A stretch of DNA of 34,308 nt from Lama guanicoe (taxonomy: Eukaryota): assembly GCA_013239625.1 (NCBI GenBank), contig MU053934.1, positions 12,745,413 to 12,779,720 on the forward strand, in the 5' to 3' direction. The notes below the pieces were generated by a model. It saw only the letters and a list, made by a program, of their open reading frames with translations, was not told the DNA's origin and did not search any database. Positions 1 through 12,460 of this stretch are shown here, piece by piece. Made by a program: the position numbers and the translations under genes. Each line of letters starts with the position of its first letter. Position 1 is the stretch's first letter.

Positions 1-166
1 TTACATGTGATGCCATGTGGGTCAGCTGGTGAGAAACCAGTATGAATGAATGCATTCACTCACTTATCCCTCCTCCCTGGTCCCCTGGAGCAAAGAGGTG
101 AGCAGTGAGGGTGAGCTGACATGAGGGTGGGAAGGGCCACAGGAACAAGGAGCACTTCAAACCTTG

Positions 167-174
167 AAGGATAC
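167..174 (-). other. U12-type (minor spliceosome) 5' splice site
   Basis: The intron begins GTATCCTT(CAAG), matching the U12 donor consensus RTATCCTT and not the U2 consensus GTRAGT. Confidence 0.85.
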
Positions 175-204
175 AATCCATCCATGAGAAATCTCTCCAT
201 AAGT
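175..204 (-). CDS. RABL2B: RABL2 coding micro-exon (30 nt), (K)LMERFLMDG(x)
   Basis: Minus strand reads ttctccttacag|ACTTATGGAGAGATTTCTCATGGATGGATT|gtatcctt. It joins in phase 2 to the upstream exon to give GDSAVGKS-K-LMERFLMDG, matching the RABL2 P-loop region. The gene continues left of the window. Confidence 0.95.
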
Positions 205-469
205 CTGTAAGGAGAACGTGCAAGGTGGTCAGGTGCATCCCCCAACGCTCCTTGTCCCTCTGCACCACCCAACAGATGAAACTTGAAAGCCAGCTGTGGC
301 TTCGTCCCTCCCACTCCTGTCACAGCTACACAGCTCCCTTTCAAGGACAATGCCCAAGGACCGCCACCCACCCTCTTCCTGACTCTCCTTAGGTTCCTGA
401 CACCCTTCAGCTGCAACACCGACCCAGCACCTACAGACACTTTCCCTGCAGGTAGGGGCCTCAGCTTGC

Positions 470-975
470 TCCTTTTAGGGAGTAAACAAACTACGGTACC
501 TCTATACCATGAACCACTCAGCAATCAAAAGGAACAAACTATGATATACCCAACAATTTGCATGGATCTTAAGGGTGTTAACGCTCAGTGAAAAAGGTCA
601 CATGCTGTAGAACACCGCCAAGATGACACAATTATGGAGATGGAGCGTATGAGCGGTGACAGGGGTCAGGCATGGTAGGGGTGAAGTGGAGTGGGTGTGA
701 CTCTAAATGGGTGGCATGACCAAGACCTCTGCAGTGATGGAACAGTTGTGTATCTTGCTTCCAGTGATGCTTATACAACCTACACGCATGACAAAATGAC
801 ACAGCATCATAGACATGCATTGAACTAATGTCAGTTTCCTGACTTTGACATTGTACTGCAGTTATGTGAGGTGTAACCTTTGGGGAAACTAGGTGAAGGG
901 CACACAGGTACTCTCTGTGCTCTCTTTTCAACTTCCTGTAAATACGTTATTTCAAAATGAGAAGAAAAAAAAAAC
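470..975 (+). mobile_element. Old L1 3' end (L1MC/L1MB-like)
   Basis: Typical L1M 3' UTR motifs (gtgatggaacagttgtgtatcttg; ggggaaactaggtgaagggcacacagg..ctctctgt) ending in an A-rich tail at ~960-975. Confidence 0.7.
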
Positions 976-1505
976 ACATACTAGGAGAAGATATGTGCAA
1001 TACCAGTTATGGACAAAGAGTTAACACACAGAAATTATGAACAGCTCTGATACATGAATAACAACCTGTGTACTAAGAATATGAACAGGCAATCCACGGA
1101 TGAATGGCTAACAAACATATGAAAAGATGCTTAATACGTTCACTTAATGATTTCAATGTAAATTAATTATTTTAATGCGAATTAAAATAAAATGAAGTAG
1201 CACACACACCCTTTAGATTAGCAAAATTGAAAAAGTCATATGACACCAGATGTTGGAGATTTTGTGGAGTGACAGAAACTCTTGTAGTGTCCTGGTAGGA
1301 GTGCAAATGTGATATAACTATTTTGAAGAGCAATTGGATTATCTCAGACTTTGAGTTAATCCTAAAACTTGGCAATTTCACCCCAAATCTAACAGGATGT
1401 GTGCCCAGGATAAGAAGAACAAAAATATTCACCGCAGTATTGTGTCTAATATAAAAATGATAATTTCATAAATGTTCTTCAATAGAAGAATGGACAAATA
1501 CATTT
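976..1505 (+). mobile_element. Highly diverged L1 ORF2-end fragment
   Basis: Degenerate L1 motifs: aatatgaacaggcaatccac, aacatatgaaaagatgct, caatagaagaatggacaaat. Confidence 0.55.
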
Positions 1506-1514
1506 AGTACAATT

Positions 1515-1645
1515 TTTTTTTAATTTACTGAGTGATTGTTATTTGCCAGATACTGTGCTAAGCACCATGAGATAACACTGAACAAAACAGATTGAAAATC
1601 CGTGTCTTCATTCAGTTTCCACTCTAGTGAGTGAAGATAGACAAA
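1515..1645 (-). mobile_element. L2 3' end fragment
   Basis: atttactgagtgattgttatttgccagatactgtgctaagcac..tctagt, characteristic of the L2 terminus. Confidence 0.5.
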
Positions 1646-2216
1646 CACGCTCTTAAAATATACACCGCCACATGTATGGTCACTGGATTTGAAACAAGAG
1701 CATTACTGCAATTCAGCGAGGTAAAGGATTGTTTTATAAATTAATGTTGTGGAAACAACTGGATATCTGTGTAGGGAAAAATGAACCTTGAGGACATTAC
1801 ACAAAACGGTGGAGTAGGAAGTTCTAAGGATCACTCCCTTAACTGAAACAATGAGTAAACTAGAAAAAACTATCAGAATCAACTATTTCAGGCCTCTAGA
1901 ACCTGACCGCACACAACCAGGAGAGTGCTGGATGAAAGGGGAGGGCTGACCCAGTGCAGAACAACGTGCGCCACCGCCTGCTCCTCAGCCCACGGCAGCT
2001 GTATGGTGCCCTGTTTCCAAGCGTCTGGCTGAGCAGCAGAGATACTGTCCTTGGAAAGTCAGGCCTGCATGTTTTGATCAGTTGGGTAGATCCCCGAGGA
2101 ACAGGCCTCAGCTCTCTCAGGCTTCAGAGGCTTCCCCTGATGGCATCTATTGGGAATTTAAAGGGATAGGAATACCTCTTTTTTTTCTTTCCCTTTTTTT
2201 GGAGCCGAACACTTAA

Positions 2217-2336
2217 AAAAATTGGAGGGGGGATTAGATTTTTATTTATTTATTTATAATAGAGGTACTGGGGGTTGAACCCAGGACCTTGTGCATGCAA
2301 AGCACGTGCTCTACCACTGAGCTATACCCTCCCCCC
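2217..2336 (-). mobile_element. tRNA-derived SINE, camelid Vic-1 type
   Basis: GGGGAGGGTATAGCTCAGTGGTAGAGCACGTGCTTTGCATGCACAAGGTCCTGGGTTCAACCCCCAGTACCTC with A and B boxes and an (AAAT)n tail. Imperfect TSD tggagccgaacacttaa / tggagctgaatattaa. Confidence 0.9.
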
Positions 2337-4260
2337 TGGAGCTGAATATTAAAGGAAACCTTTGTCAGATCACTGTCTGACCACAGATAATGGAACAGAA
2401 ATGTCAGTGACCACACACAACAAGGAATACACGCTTTGCAAAAATAGTTAGAAAGAGTTACAAATGGACACTCCAGCACTGGACAAGCTGAAATTAGCCA
2501 CCCTGGAGGAGTGGGAATGTCTGAATTCCAAAGTGATCACGTTAAAATACTCAGAATTCTAATTCTCAACCAGAAAATTACAAAGCATATGAAGAAACAG
2601 GAAGGTATAGCCCATTCACGTGATAAAAAGAAGCTGACAGAAACAATCAATGAAGAAACCCAGATCTTGGAATTACTAGTCACAGACGTCAAATTAATTA
2701 TCTTAAATATGCTCAAAAAGCTAAAGGAAATCATGGACAAAGACCTAAAGGAATTCAGAAAACAATATGTAAACAGAATGAGAGTGTTAATAAAAGATAG
2801 AAATTATGAAAAGAAACCAAACAGATATTCTAGAGCTGAAAAGTACAATACTTTAAATAAAAAACTCACTAGAGAGTCAACAAAATATTTGAGCAGGAAG
2901 AGGAAAGGATCAGCAAACTTGAAGGCAGCAGAAATTATCCGGTCTGAGAAGGAGAGAAAAATGAGTAAGAATGACCAGTGCCTAAGGAGCCTGTGAGACA
3001 ACATAAATCTCATCAGACATCACTGAGATCAGAAGGCAGTGGAATGACATATATAAAGACCTGGAAATAAAACCTGTCAACAAAGAATTCTATGTTCAGC
3101 AAACTATCCTTCAAGAATGAAGGAGAAAGTAAGACATTCCCAGATACGCACAAGCTGATGTAGACCTACCAGTAGATCTGTCCTGTAAGAAATGGTAATG
3201 CGAGTCCTTTAGGTTGAAATGAAAGGACACGAGACAGTAACTTGAAGCCGGATGAAGACATAAAGATCTTCAGCAAAGGTAGGTACACAGGTAAACATAA
3301 AAAACCAGTATTCTTGTACTTTTGGTTTGTAACTCCTCTTTTTTGCTATATGACTTAAAAGACAATTATGTAAGACTATAATGATTAATCTATGTTAATG
3401 AGCACTGAATGTATAAAGATGTAACTTGTGACAAGATAATATAAAGGGGAGGGACACAGGGACACGGGAGCAGAGTGTTTGTATACTACAATAACTGTAT
3501 CTGTATCCAAATAGGTTGTTATAAATTTTAGGTGAAATGCACAAATTCCTAGAAACATAAAACTACCAAGCAAATTTAAGACAAAACAGAAAATCTGAGT
3601 AGACCTATACCAAGTAAGGAGATTATATCAGTATTCAAAAACCTCCAATAAGGAAAAGCCTGGGACTGGATATTTTCACTGGTGAATTCTATCAACCATT
3701 TAATGAACACCAATCCTTCTTAAACTCTTCCAAAAACTGAAGAGGAGGGAACACTTCATAATTCTTTTTACGAGGGCAGCATTACCCTGATTCCAAAGCC
3801 AGACAATGACAGTGCTAGAAAAGAAAACTACAGGCCAATATCCCTTATCCCTTATGGATTTAGTTGTAAAAATCCTCAAAAAACCCACTAGCAAACTAAA
3901 TCATATTAAGAGGATTATTATACATGACCAAGGGAGATCTATTCTCAGAATATGAGTGGTTCAACTTCAGAACACTAATCAAACATATCATATGAACAGA
4001 ATGAAGGAAAAATCCTACATATTCGTCTCAGTAAAGGCAGAAAAAGCATTTCACAAAAACCAACACCACTGCATGACAAAAACACTCAATAAATTAGGAA
4101 CAGAAGGTAATTACTTCAATAAGATAAAGGCCATATATGAAAAACCCAGTTAACATCATACTCAATTGTGAAAGAATGAACGCTTTCACAGAAATACAAG
4201 AAGGCTGCCTGCTTTCACCACTTCCACTCAACACTGTACTGGAAGTTCTAGCCAGAGCAC

Positions 4261-4790
4261 TGTGATGATGACATAGTTATTCTGAGTTGCTGCCTAGGCA
4301 TTTTACAGTTTGACAACCCTGCTCACACCTAGAGTCTGGATCTTTAGATAAGGACCTAAGTTTAGGATTCCCACAAGTTCCTGCCTTGCTTTTCCCAGGG
4401 CACCTTTAAAAATAAACATGTAGAGTTGAGGCCAAGAAAAGTTAGCGACCTCTGCCCCAACCACCTTGTAAGTAACAGGTGCTTACTACCCTGCTCTCAA
4501 ATCTCTTGCTCATTCGTGACCTGGGACAGAAGACTGCCCTTCTCCTGACTCACTGCCCACCTGTCTATGGGATCTGTAAGTAATAAATCTTGTGACTTTA
4601 CTTCCTTTGCATGGATGTACTGAAACTGTGCCTTCAATTGAAACAATCCCAGGGTTTTCCCAAGGTGGGAGCTCAGATGCTGAGGGAGCTATCTGTTATC
4701 CCTGTGTGGGTGGCTTGTGCCTCCTCATTCAGTAGTCATAATCTGCATATTCTTAACTGAATACACCACCTATTGGAGGCTCCCAACACA
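4261..4790 (+). mobile_element. Solo LTR (ERVL class, MER77/MER21-like) inserted in L1 ORF2
   Basis: TG...CA termini, perfect 5-bp TSD AGCAC (4256-4260 / 4791-4795) and AATAAA at 4582-4587. The L1 sequence resumes exactly on both sides. Confidence 0.85.
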
Positions 4791-6608
4791 AGCACCTAGA
4801 CAAGAAAAGGAAATAAAAGGCATCCAAATTGGAAAGGTGAAAGTAAACTTACATCTGTTCCAAGATAGCAGGGTCTTATATGTAGAAGACTCTAAAGAAT
4901 CCACAAAAAACTATTAGTGCAATAAACAAATTCAGCAGAGTTGCGGGATATAAAAGATACACAAACAAATCAACTGTATTTCTATACACTAGCAGTGAAC
5001 AATATGAAAAGGAAATCTAGTCAAGGAGACGTAAGACTTACATACTGAAACCACAAAACACTGCTGAAAGAAATTAAAGGAAGACATAAATAAATGGAAA
5101 GACATCAGTGTTCACGGACTTGAAGACTTAATGTTGTTCAGTAGATAACACTACCCAAAGCAAACTACTGATTCAATGCACTCCCTGTCAAAATCCCAAT
5201 GACAGTATTTGCAGAACTAAAAAAATACACCCCCAAATTCATGTGGAATTTAAAGGTATCACAAGTAGCCAAAACAATACTGTGAAGGAATAGCAAAGTT
5301 GAGAGATTCATAATTTCTCAAGTACAAAACTTAATACAAAGCTACAATAACGAGAACTGTGCAGTATTGGCATAAATATGGACATATAGACGAACTGAGA
5401 ACCCATAAATAAACTCTCACATATATGGTCGGTCAATTGATTTTTGAACTGGTGCCAAGACCATTCAGTGGGAAAAGAATAGTCTCTTAAACAAATGTTG
5501 CTGGGAAAACTGGATATCCATATGCCAAAGAATAAAGATGAACCCTACCTCACATCATAGAGAAAAGTTAATTCAAAATGGATCCAAGGCCTAAACTTAA
5601 GAGCTAAAACTATAAAACTGTTAGAAGAAAACATATGTGCAAATGTTCACGGCCTTAGATTTGGCAGCGTTTTCTTAAATAACACCAAAAGCATAGGCAA
5701 TAAAGGGGAAAAACAGATAAACTGGACTTCACCCAAATCAACAACTTGTACAAGAAAGGACACTACCAAGAGAGCACAAAGATAACCCACAGAATAGAAT
5801 AAAATATTTACAAATCATATATCTGATAAAAGTTTAATATGCATTAAATATAAAGAACTCCTATAACACAAAAACAAAAACCCAATAAAGAAGGGAGTCA
5901 AAAGGTACAAACTTCCAGTTATGAGTAAGTTCTGAAAATGCAATGCACAGCATGGTGACTATAGTTAACAATATTATATTATATACTTGAAAGTTGCTAA
6001 ACGATTAAATTTTCAATGTTCTCACCACACACCTAAAAGGGTAACTGTGTGAAGTGATAAATGTGTTAACTAAACTTATAGTGGTAATCATTTCACAATA
6101 TATACATATATCACATCACCATGTTGTGCACCTTAACAATGTTATATATTACATCTCAAGAAAGCTTGACACAATTTTCTATTTAAAAAAATTTGAAACA
6201 TTGATTTGATTAACATTAAGTGCTTCTGCTCATCAAAATACATCAATAGAGTGAAAAGCCAAATAAAGGTCCAGAATGTATGAAGACACTCCTTCGAGTC
6301 AATAATAAAAAGACAAACAATCCAATAAAAATGGGCAACAGACCTAAAAAGGCATTTTACAAGAGGGAATCCAAATAGCCAATAAGCACCAATAAGTGAA
6401 AAGGTACTCAACATAATTAGCCACCAGTGAAACGTAAAATTAAAAGTCGCTACAGAAACTCTTAAACATAATATTTATCTATCTATATGAATGATTAAAT
6501 TGATGATTGTGTTGGTTCAATGTTTTATTACTTTACTACTTTCTTCCCTGCTTGATCCATTGATTACTGAGAGGAGTGTCTATTCTGATTCAGTTAAGAT
6601 ATCAGTCA

Positions 6609-6771
6609 GGGGAGAGGATATAGCTCAAGTGGTAGAGTGGCATGCTTAGCATGCACAAGGTCCTAGGTTCAATCACTAGTACCTCCTCTAAAAACTAACT
6701 AAATAAGTAAACCTAATTATCACCCCTCCCCAGCAAAAAAACAAACAAATAAAATGCTTAGGGGAAAAAAA
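6609..6771 (+). mobile_element. tRNA-derived SINE, camelid Vic-1 type
   Basis: GGGGAGAGGATATAGCTCAAGTGGTAGAG..GGTTCAATC, A-rich tail, TSD aagatatcagtca / aagatattagtca. Confidence 0.9.
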
Positions 6772-6789
6772 AAGATATTAGTCAGACTT

Positions 6790-7120
6790 GGTCACTCCTT
6801 CGAACCTTCCAATGGTTTCCCATTTCCTTCAGATCAAAGCCTCCTGAGCCCTCTAGCCCTACCACTGACTCTGCTGCTTCCCCTCTTCTCTTCTCTCCTA
6901 TTCTCTTTCTGTTGCTCCCTCTGTCTCAGCCACTAGCCATTTACTCTTCTTGAAATGCTCCTTCCCAGGATAACTGTAAGGCCTCCTCCCTTGCCTTCTT
7001 CAAGTCTTTGCTTAAATATCACCTTTACAAATAGGCCTGCGCTAACCACTCTACAGTACAACTGCACTTTTCCCCCATATATTTTTAAGGGTCACGTCTT
7101 ATCTGTCTGTCTGACAACTT
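6790..7120 (+). mobile_element. L2 fragment
   Basis: aaccttccaatggtttcccatt..; ttcttcaagtctttgcttaaatatcacct are typical L2 3' region motifs. Confidence 0.6.
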
Positions 7121-10100
7121 AATACACTCTAGCCATGATTTTACATGTCTGAGATTTAAACTGCAGCTTCTCTTGTAAAGGGCGGTAGAATTCATTCATA
7201 ACTAAAAACTGAAAAGAAATACCATCCATATTATAAAAAGAAAATAGACCACCTTTTTAGATGGAAGTAGAAAATCACACAATGAAACTACTATAGCCAC
7301 AGAGGTTAAGAGGGCAATGAAAAAGACCTGTGCTTGCAACACTGTCTTAAGAAATCATATGCTCAGAAAAAGGAAGAGCAGAGATTGAGAAACATGTCTC
7401 ATCAGAGCAGGAGCAGCAAGCGAGTGAAAACAAAGGCAGAGAGGGGTTTTCTTAAGGAAAGGCTGGCCTCTGGAAGACAGGCCTGAAGAGAGACAAACGA
7501 ACCCCGGAGGCTCATTCTCTCTCAACTTTCAGGAGGTGAGCAAAAGCCAGCTTTGCAGGCCTGAATTCAAAAGAAGAGCAGGTGTACCCCCTGGAAGCCC
7601 CAGAAAGCTCCAGCTGCTACAGGGTCACAAAGAAGGGTCCCTACCCTTCCTTCCCCAAGTATTTAGAGGATTACGGCACCACATCCCTCTCTGGAGGCCC
7701 CTCCTGTGAGGCGTCCAGAGCACCTGCTCCTGCCCTAGGGGACAGCAAGAACCTGGGACACGGGGAGTGCTGTGTATTTTCTGCTCATAAAACTTCCCCT
7801 AGTTGACTTGTTTTTACTTACACTACGTGGGCTTAGCAGGGTGTGTGCCTTTGCCCTCTTTGTACAATGATGGACAGTTATGAAGGGGAAAATGACATCG
7901 TAAAGGCCAAGATAGACAGCTATCAAAGAAAAAGGGCAAAGCATCTGAATCCAATTACTCTTAAAAGGGACTAGAGAAGGCCTTATCTTGTTATCAAGCA
8001 GAAAGAACACCTGGGATCCAAAGAAATCTGTAAGAAGGAGGAAGGTAAAGCCTGGAAGAGCCCGGAGCGGCTCCCCAGGGGGAAGATGGCTTCTGGAGCT
8101 GCAGAGAGAAGCCACAGTAAGAGCACGGTTACCTCTCAGAATTGGGCCAGCAATACTCAGTGGTACAGAAAACGGGAAGAAGAAGCATGGCATACTGGCT
8201 ACGTCTCCAGGTGGCCTGGCTGTAAGTGGGAACAGAGTGAGGGGCCCTCAACTATCACCTAGAACAGGGTCTGACCCTGGGAGCGCTCGTGCTTGTTGAG
8301 TGAACGTCCGTTAAAGGGATCCAGGCAGGACGACCGGATCATAAGCTCAACAGGCCACGTGTTGGGGGGGAGGACATCTGGCAGCTGTAGAGGTGGCACA
8401 TGCAGGAATGGAGGAAAAGCCCCCTCAGGAGGTCTGAGGGCACTGCTCGCAAGCACGGAGCGGCTGCATCACTAAAGCCCATTGTCGATGGAGGCTTGAG
8501 GAGCCAGAAACACAGGCCCAAAGAAGAAACGGACACAGGAAGCATGAATGTGCTGCTTGAGAATGAAAGGCACCCCCCACCTATTCTAAGAAGGCCTGGT
8601 GATTGGGGCTGCCACTACTACAAATTTCTAAATTGTGCAAGGCAGCAGCATTGCCTCCAAACCACTATCCAGAGCTGAGGCTGGGCAGATGCCCTCCAGG
8701 TGTGATGAATACAGGTGTTGGTACCTTCTCAATAGTTTTCTCCCAAATGAGTTTGGATTCACAAGTTGGAGATACTGAAAACTGGCACAGGATTCTTAAG
8801 TTCCAGTGAAACTGAACCAAGATTTTCTCACTTGCCCACCTTCCCTCAGATACACTGTGTTTTCATTATGGTCTTTGCTTCTGGGACAGGTCCTTGCCTG
8901 AGACACTGTTAGGTGCCAGGGACTGGCTTCTTTTCTAAATGTTGTGGTTGTAGAGGCCAATGCTGTGGTAATTTTTGAGGTCCTGTTGACTACTTGGATT
9001 CTTACTTTTTGTTGCTGTTTTAAGTGAGGCTTATAAGAGACTGGCGTTGAATTTGGGGGCTGGGTGGCTCTGGGGCAGCAGGCCAGCCACATTCTGCAGC
9101 ACCTTTATTGCTCTCCGCCTGCCTGCCAGTCCCTTCTCTGTTGGTTCTAAACTTGGGTGGGGACAAAGCGTGTTATTTACTGTATAATCTCCCCAGAGGA
9201 AAACACTCGACCTCACGTGTACTGTGTAGGCATGTTGTTGAGGATGGACAAAGCAACTATAAAATACTCAACTAGAGCTGCAGTGTGTGCACACAGGGTA
9301 CGGCAGAGAGAGTGAAGGTGAGTTCATGAAGATGGCATAAAAACTAACAAAGCCCCTAGAGAATTTTCACAGCTACCTGAGTCTAAGGATATGTTAATAA
9401 AAGAAAAAAGTAGAAAACAAGGTGGAACTGGGGCACCTGGGAGATAAGACTAAACCAGGCATCAGGTCAGTATAACCCCATCCTGTAAAGGCAGAAATGG
9501 ATGTGTGCCCCCAGTAGTCCAACACAGTGAGAAACAGGATCACAACTTGTGGAGACCAGCAGCCAGCACTGCAGAACCTCCCTTCAAGTCTCTAGGGGGG
9601 AGTTCCACACCTGTGCACATAGGCACTGATGTCAATTAAAAGAATGAGCCATGCTTTAAGCTAATTAGCCGTCATTTCTATCCAGTCTTCCCAGTTCAGT
9701 GAGTTCTGCCAACAAAGCATCTTCAGCACTTTCTTCAACCTGTTACTGCCTGTGCTGGTCATACTTCTCACTTGTTTCTCTGCATTCCCACTGTTCCCAC
9801 TTTGCAATCTCTTAGCCCACACACCACACACCACACACAGGAATACCCCAGGTCTCACCTCCTCACCAGGACTGCTTCAGTAGTCTCTAAAGTGACCTGT
9901 CCCACACCTTCTGCCAGGACTCATAGAAAAAGCTCAATTTCCTCAGTCCTATCACTTGTCTCCCCCTACCCCCACCCCTGCCACTCACACACACAGAGCT
10001 GCTGTGTGATGCCCCCTTGTTTCCCCCATGCAGACCTGGGCTCCAGCCAAGACTACTCTTTCACCACTCCCATAGAAGCCATGCTCCTCTGTGCCTCTGT

Positions 10101-10172
10101 GCCTCTGGAGGATTTTTCTAATAATCCAGACCCACTCTGAGCCTGGCTTTTCTTCCTGATCTCCCAACATAC

Positions 10173-10279
10173 TTGGACTTGCCCACAGCGCTGTCCCCCA
10201 GGCAGATGATTTTCACATTGTCATCAGCATCGTATTTCTCCTGGTCCAGCTCATAGGGTTTGGCTTTGTCCCCGGCCAT
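10173..10279 (-). CDS. RABL2B: RABL2 first coding exon, MAGDKAKPYELDQEKYDADDNVKIICLGDSAVGKS
   Basis: ATG at 10279-10277; 107 coding nt ending AA|gtatgt. The peptide is nearly identical to the remembered human RABL2A/B N-terminus (MAEDKTKPSELDQGKYDADDNVKIICLGDSAVGKS), including the GxxxxGKS P-loop. Confidence 0.96.
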
Positions 10280-10335
10280 TGGGTCCTGGCTGTAGAAAGG
10301 GGATCAGCTCACGGGAGGGGGGGTCTCGTCACTGT
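10280..10335 (-). other. RABL2B: 5' UTR part of the RABL2 ATG exon
   Basis: Acceptor ctcttcttgatcttcccag|ACAGTG at 10336/10335, with branch-like TTTAAC just upstream. Alternative acceptors are possible. Confidence 0.6.
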
Positions 10336-10869
10336 CTGGGAAGATCAAGAAGAGGCTGTTGTTAAAGAGATGAGAAGTCTCCTCAACTGAATCTACTTCC
10401 TTTTCCTGGACAGAGGAGACAATGAGCTCATGAGAGGGGCCCAAGGACACACTTATATCCTTCACTATTCACCACCAAGCTGGCTAGCACTTGCTGAACC
10501 ATGGGGCTGTGATCTTGTCTCCACCAAGATCTTCATAGGATGCTTTACACCATGTCATCTCTTTACTGCAGCTATGCTCAGGACCACAACTCCCAGCCCC
10601 ACCTGGAGACACAGTATTCTAAAGCCATGTTGAAGCTTTACAAGTTTTATACACATACGTTTTCTCATTTGTGAAACAGGGACAAAAACCAGTGCCCATC
10701 ACATGACTGATGTGAGACATTGTCTGACAAACAGACAGGGCTCTGTAAGCCTGAATTCTCATTACTGAATGACAGATCACACAGCCAAAGATGCCTAACC
10801 TGTGTTCCTGATCTTCTACCTCATGCCTCTAATCTCCACTTCATTTTCCATCCTACTTCAATCAGTAGC

Positions 10870-11260
10870 TGCCTTTTTCTCTCTAAACCCAGGCATTCCC
10901 CAGACCCTCTTCTCTGGGGTTATTTCAACCTCTACTAGTGTCAATAATCTCCTAAATGCTGATGATGCCAAATCTGTATCTCCACCTAGATCGCCTTCCT
11001 CAGTGCCAGACTCAGGTATGCAACTGCCTAGCAGATTCTGACTAGCACACTATTCTACACAGGCCTAAATAACATGTGAAAACACAAAACTGAAGCCCTG
11101 CCTACCCCAAAGTCATTCCTCACATTCCTCGCCTGTACAAGACATCATTAGCCACCCAATGCCAACATCTAGGCGTAACATAATCTCTAGCTGTATTCCA
11201 CTATCCTCAGGCACAAATGTAACTTTACAAACACTACTGAGAATGTGCCACAGTCCACAC
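10870..11260 (+). mobile_element. L2 fragment
   Basis: aatgctgatgatgccaaatctgtatctcca..ccagactc..caactgccta..aacatgtgaaaac, degenerate L2 ORF2-like. Confidence 0.55.
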
Positions 11261-11739
11261 TCCAAGCTAACTAGGCACGGAACCGATGCAATGACAAGGC
11301 AGCAGCAGTACCGCACTTACTGAGCACCCACCACAGGCAGAGCTTGCACCTGGCTCATAGGATCCCAAACACGACGGCAGAGTCTACTGTGGCAAGAGCT
11401 ATGACTGATGTGTCCACAAGGGTGGAAAATACCAACAGGACCCCCGAATTTCCCTGACTGCAATGCTATTGCCTCTGCTCAGGTAGGGACTCAGCCTCCT
11501 TTACCGAGATACCCTCAGCTTCAAAACCAGTGACTGCGGAGCAGTGACTGGGAAGTGGCAGATGCTTGGTTAGCATAGTGAGGGGCTGCCCCTTCCACCT
11601 CCACCCTGCGGCTGGAGCGATCGTTCGAAAGCCAAACGCAGCCAAATCCATTCTCGAAGACCTCCAATGGCTGTCGAGGTCCTCGCGACCCAGTGGGTAA
11701 GCTCTTTCCCACTTAAGTAGTTTGGGGCACCGAACAGGT

Positions 11740-12460
11740 CTGGGAACACCTCACCTCCGCAGCCAGCCTAGGCTGCCCTCGCCCCCGCACCGCCGCGCGA
11801 GCCTACCGTCCCGTTCTCCGCCCCCCGAGGCTTTGGAGGGCGGGTCCCACATGCGAGACTGACGTCTCCCACACGCCTTCTCGGGCGCTCCCGGGAAGGA
11901 GGCTGGAGACCACGGGAGCCGCAGGTCGGCCTGCCCACGGCCAGCCAACCCCGGATCCCGCGCCCCGCGAGGACCCCGCGAATGAAGCGGGGTACCGCCG
12001 CGCCTCAATCGGTTCCGGCTCTGCCAGCGTCCTCGCAGCTGCTACGCAACCGCGCAAGGACCCCGGAAGGGCTGCCCGGCCCAAGGCCTGAAGGACCCCG
12101 CCGGGCGCTGGCTGGCTAGTGCAGTGCCGGGCGAGAGTGGCGCCTGCGAGTGAGCATCGGGATCCGGCTGGCCTGGGGCTGCCAACAGCCGGGAGTCTGC
12201 GGTGGCCTTGGGCCCGGGGACTCAGCCGGGGTTCAAGCGGCCGTCGGCCCCGGGCGTGGCTGGGCAGCGGGGGTCTGGGGAAGCGGCCTGGGGCCTCCCA
12301 TGCGCGGGTGCTGGGGGGCAGGCGTGGGGCTGAGCCTCAGGAGTGAGGAGTCCGCACGTGTCGGTGCCCACGTGCGGGGGCTTCTTGGGGGTGATGGAGG
12401 GGCGGGGCCTCGCGTGTGGGAGGCATATGACCCGGCGACTGCTAAAGTTTTGTAATTCTG
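11740..12460. promoter_or_regulatory. CpG island / RABL2 promoter and probable non-coding exon 1
   Basis: Very GC- and CpG-rich, ~1.4 kb upstream of the ATG exon. Minus-strand donor candidates are GAG|gtgagg (11755) and ACG|gtaggc (11807). ETS-like CCGGAAG at ~12063. Confidence 0.8.
12038..12050. promoter_or_regulatory. Putative RFX X-box
   Basis: GTTGCGTAGCAGC on the minus strand, two mismatches from the 13-bp X-box GTTGCCTAGCAAC. It lies in the promoter of a ciliary gene. Confidence 0.45.

Larger units (their letters stand above)
1810..6430 (+). mobile_element. Large decayed L1 (5' region, ORF1 and ORF2 remnants), antisense to RABL2, interrupted by a SINE and an LTR
   Basis: ORF1-like ORF 2511-2996 (QKITKHMKKQE..NMLKKLKE) and ORF2 remnants (KAEKAFHKNQHHCMTKTLNKLGTEGNYFNKIKAIYEKP; RQEKEIKGIQIGK). 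An L1MA-type 3' UTR piece lies at ~5900-6170. Confidence 0.85.

Noticed and set aside
60..524. 154-aa ORF containing LMERFLMDG
   Set aside because: Only the 30-nt exon is RABL2 coding; the rest is intron read-through.
2262..2336. tRNA gene (also 6609-6686)
   Set aside because: The tRNA-like head is followed by an A-rich SINE tail and flanked by TSDs, so these are SINE copies.
2511..2996. 161-aa coiled-coil-like ORF
   Set aside because: It is an L1 ORF1 remnant.
7150..9800. Possible gene or pseudogene within the RABL2 intron (several 60-150 aa ORFs)
   Set aside because: No recognisable protein or consistent exon chain. It may be old repeat-derived sequence that I cannot classify.
10355..10372. 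TCTTTAAC as a U12 branch site for the first RABL2 intron
   Set aside because: No U12 donor is seen in the CpG islands and a normal pyrimidine tract follows, so it is more likely a U2 branch point.
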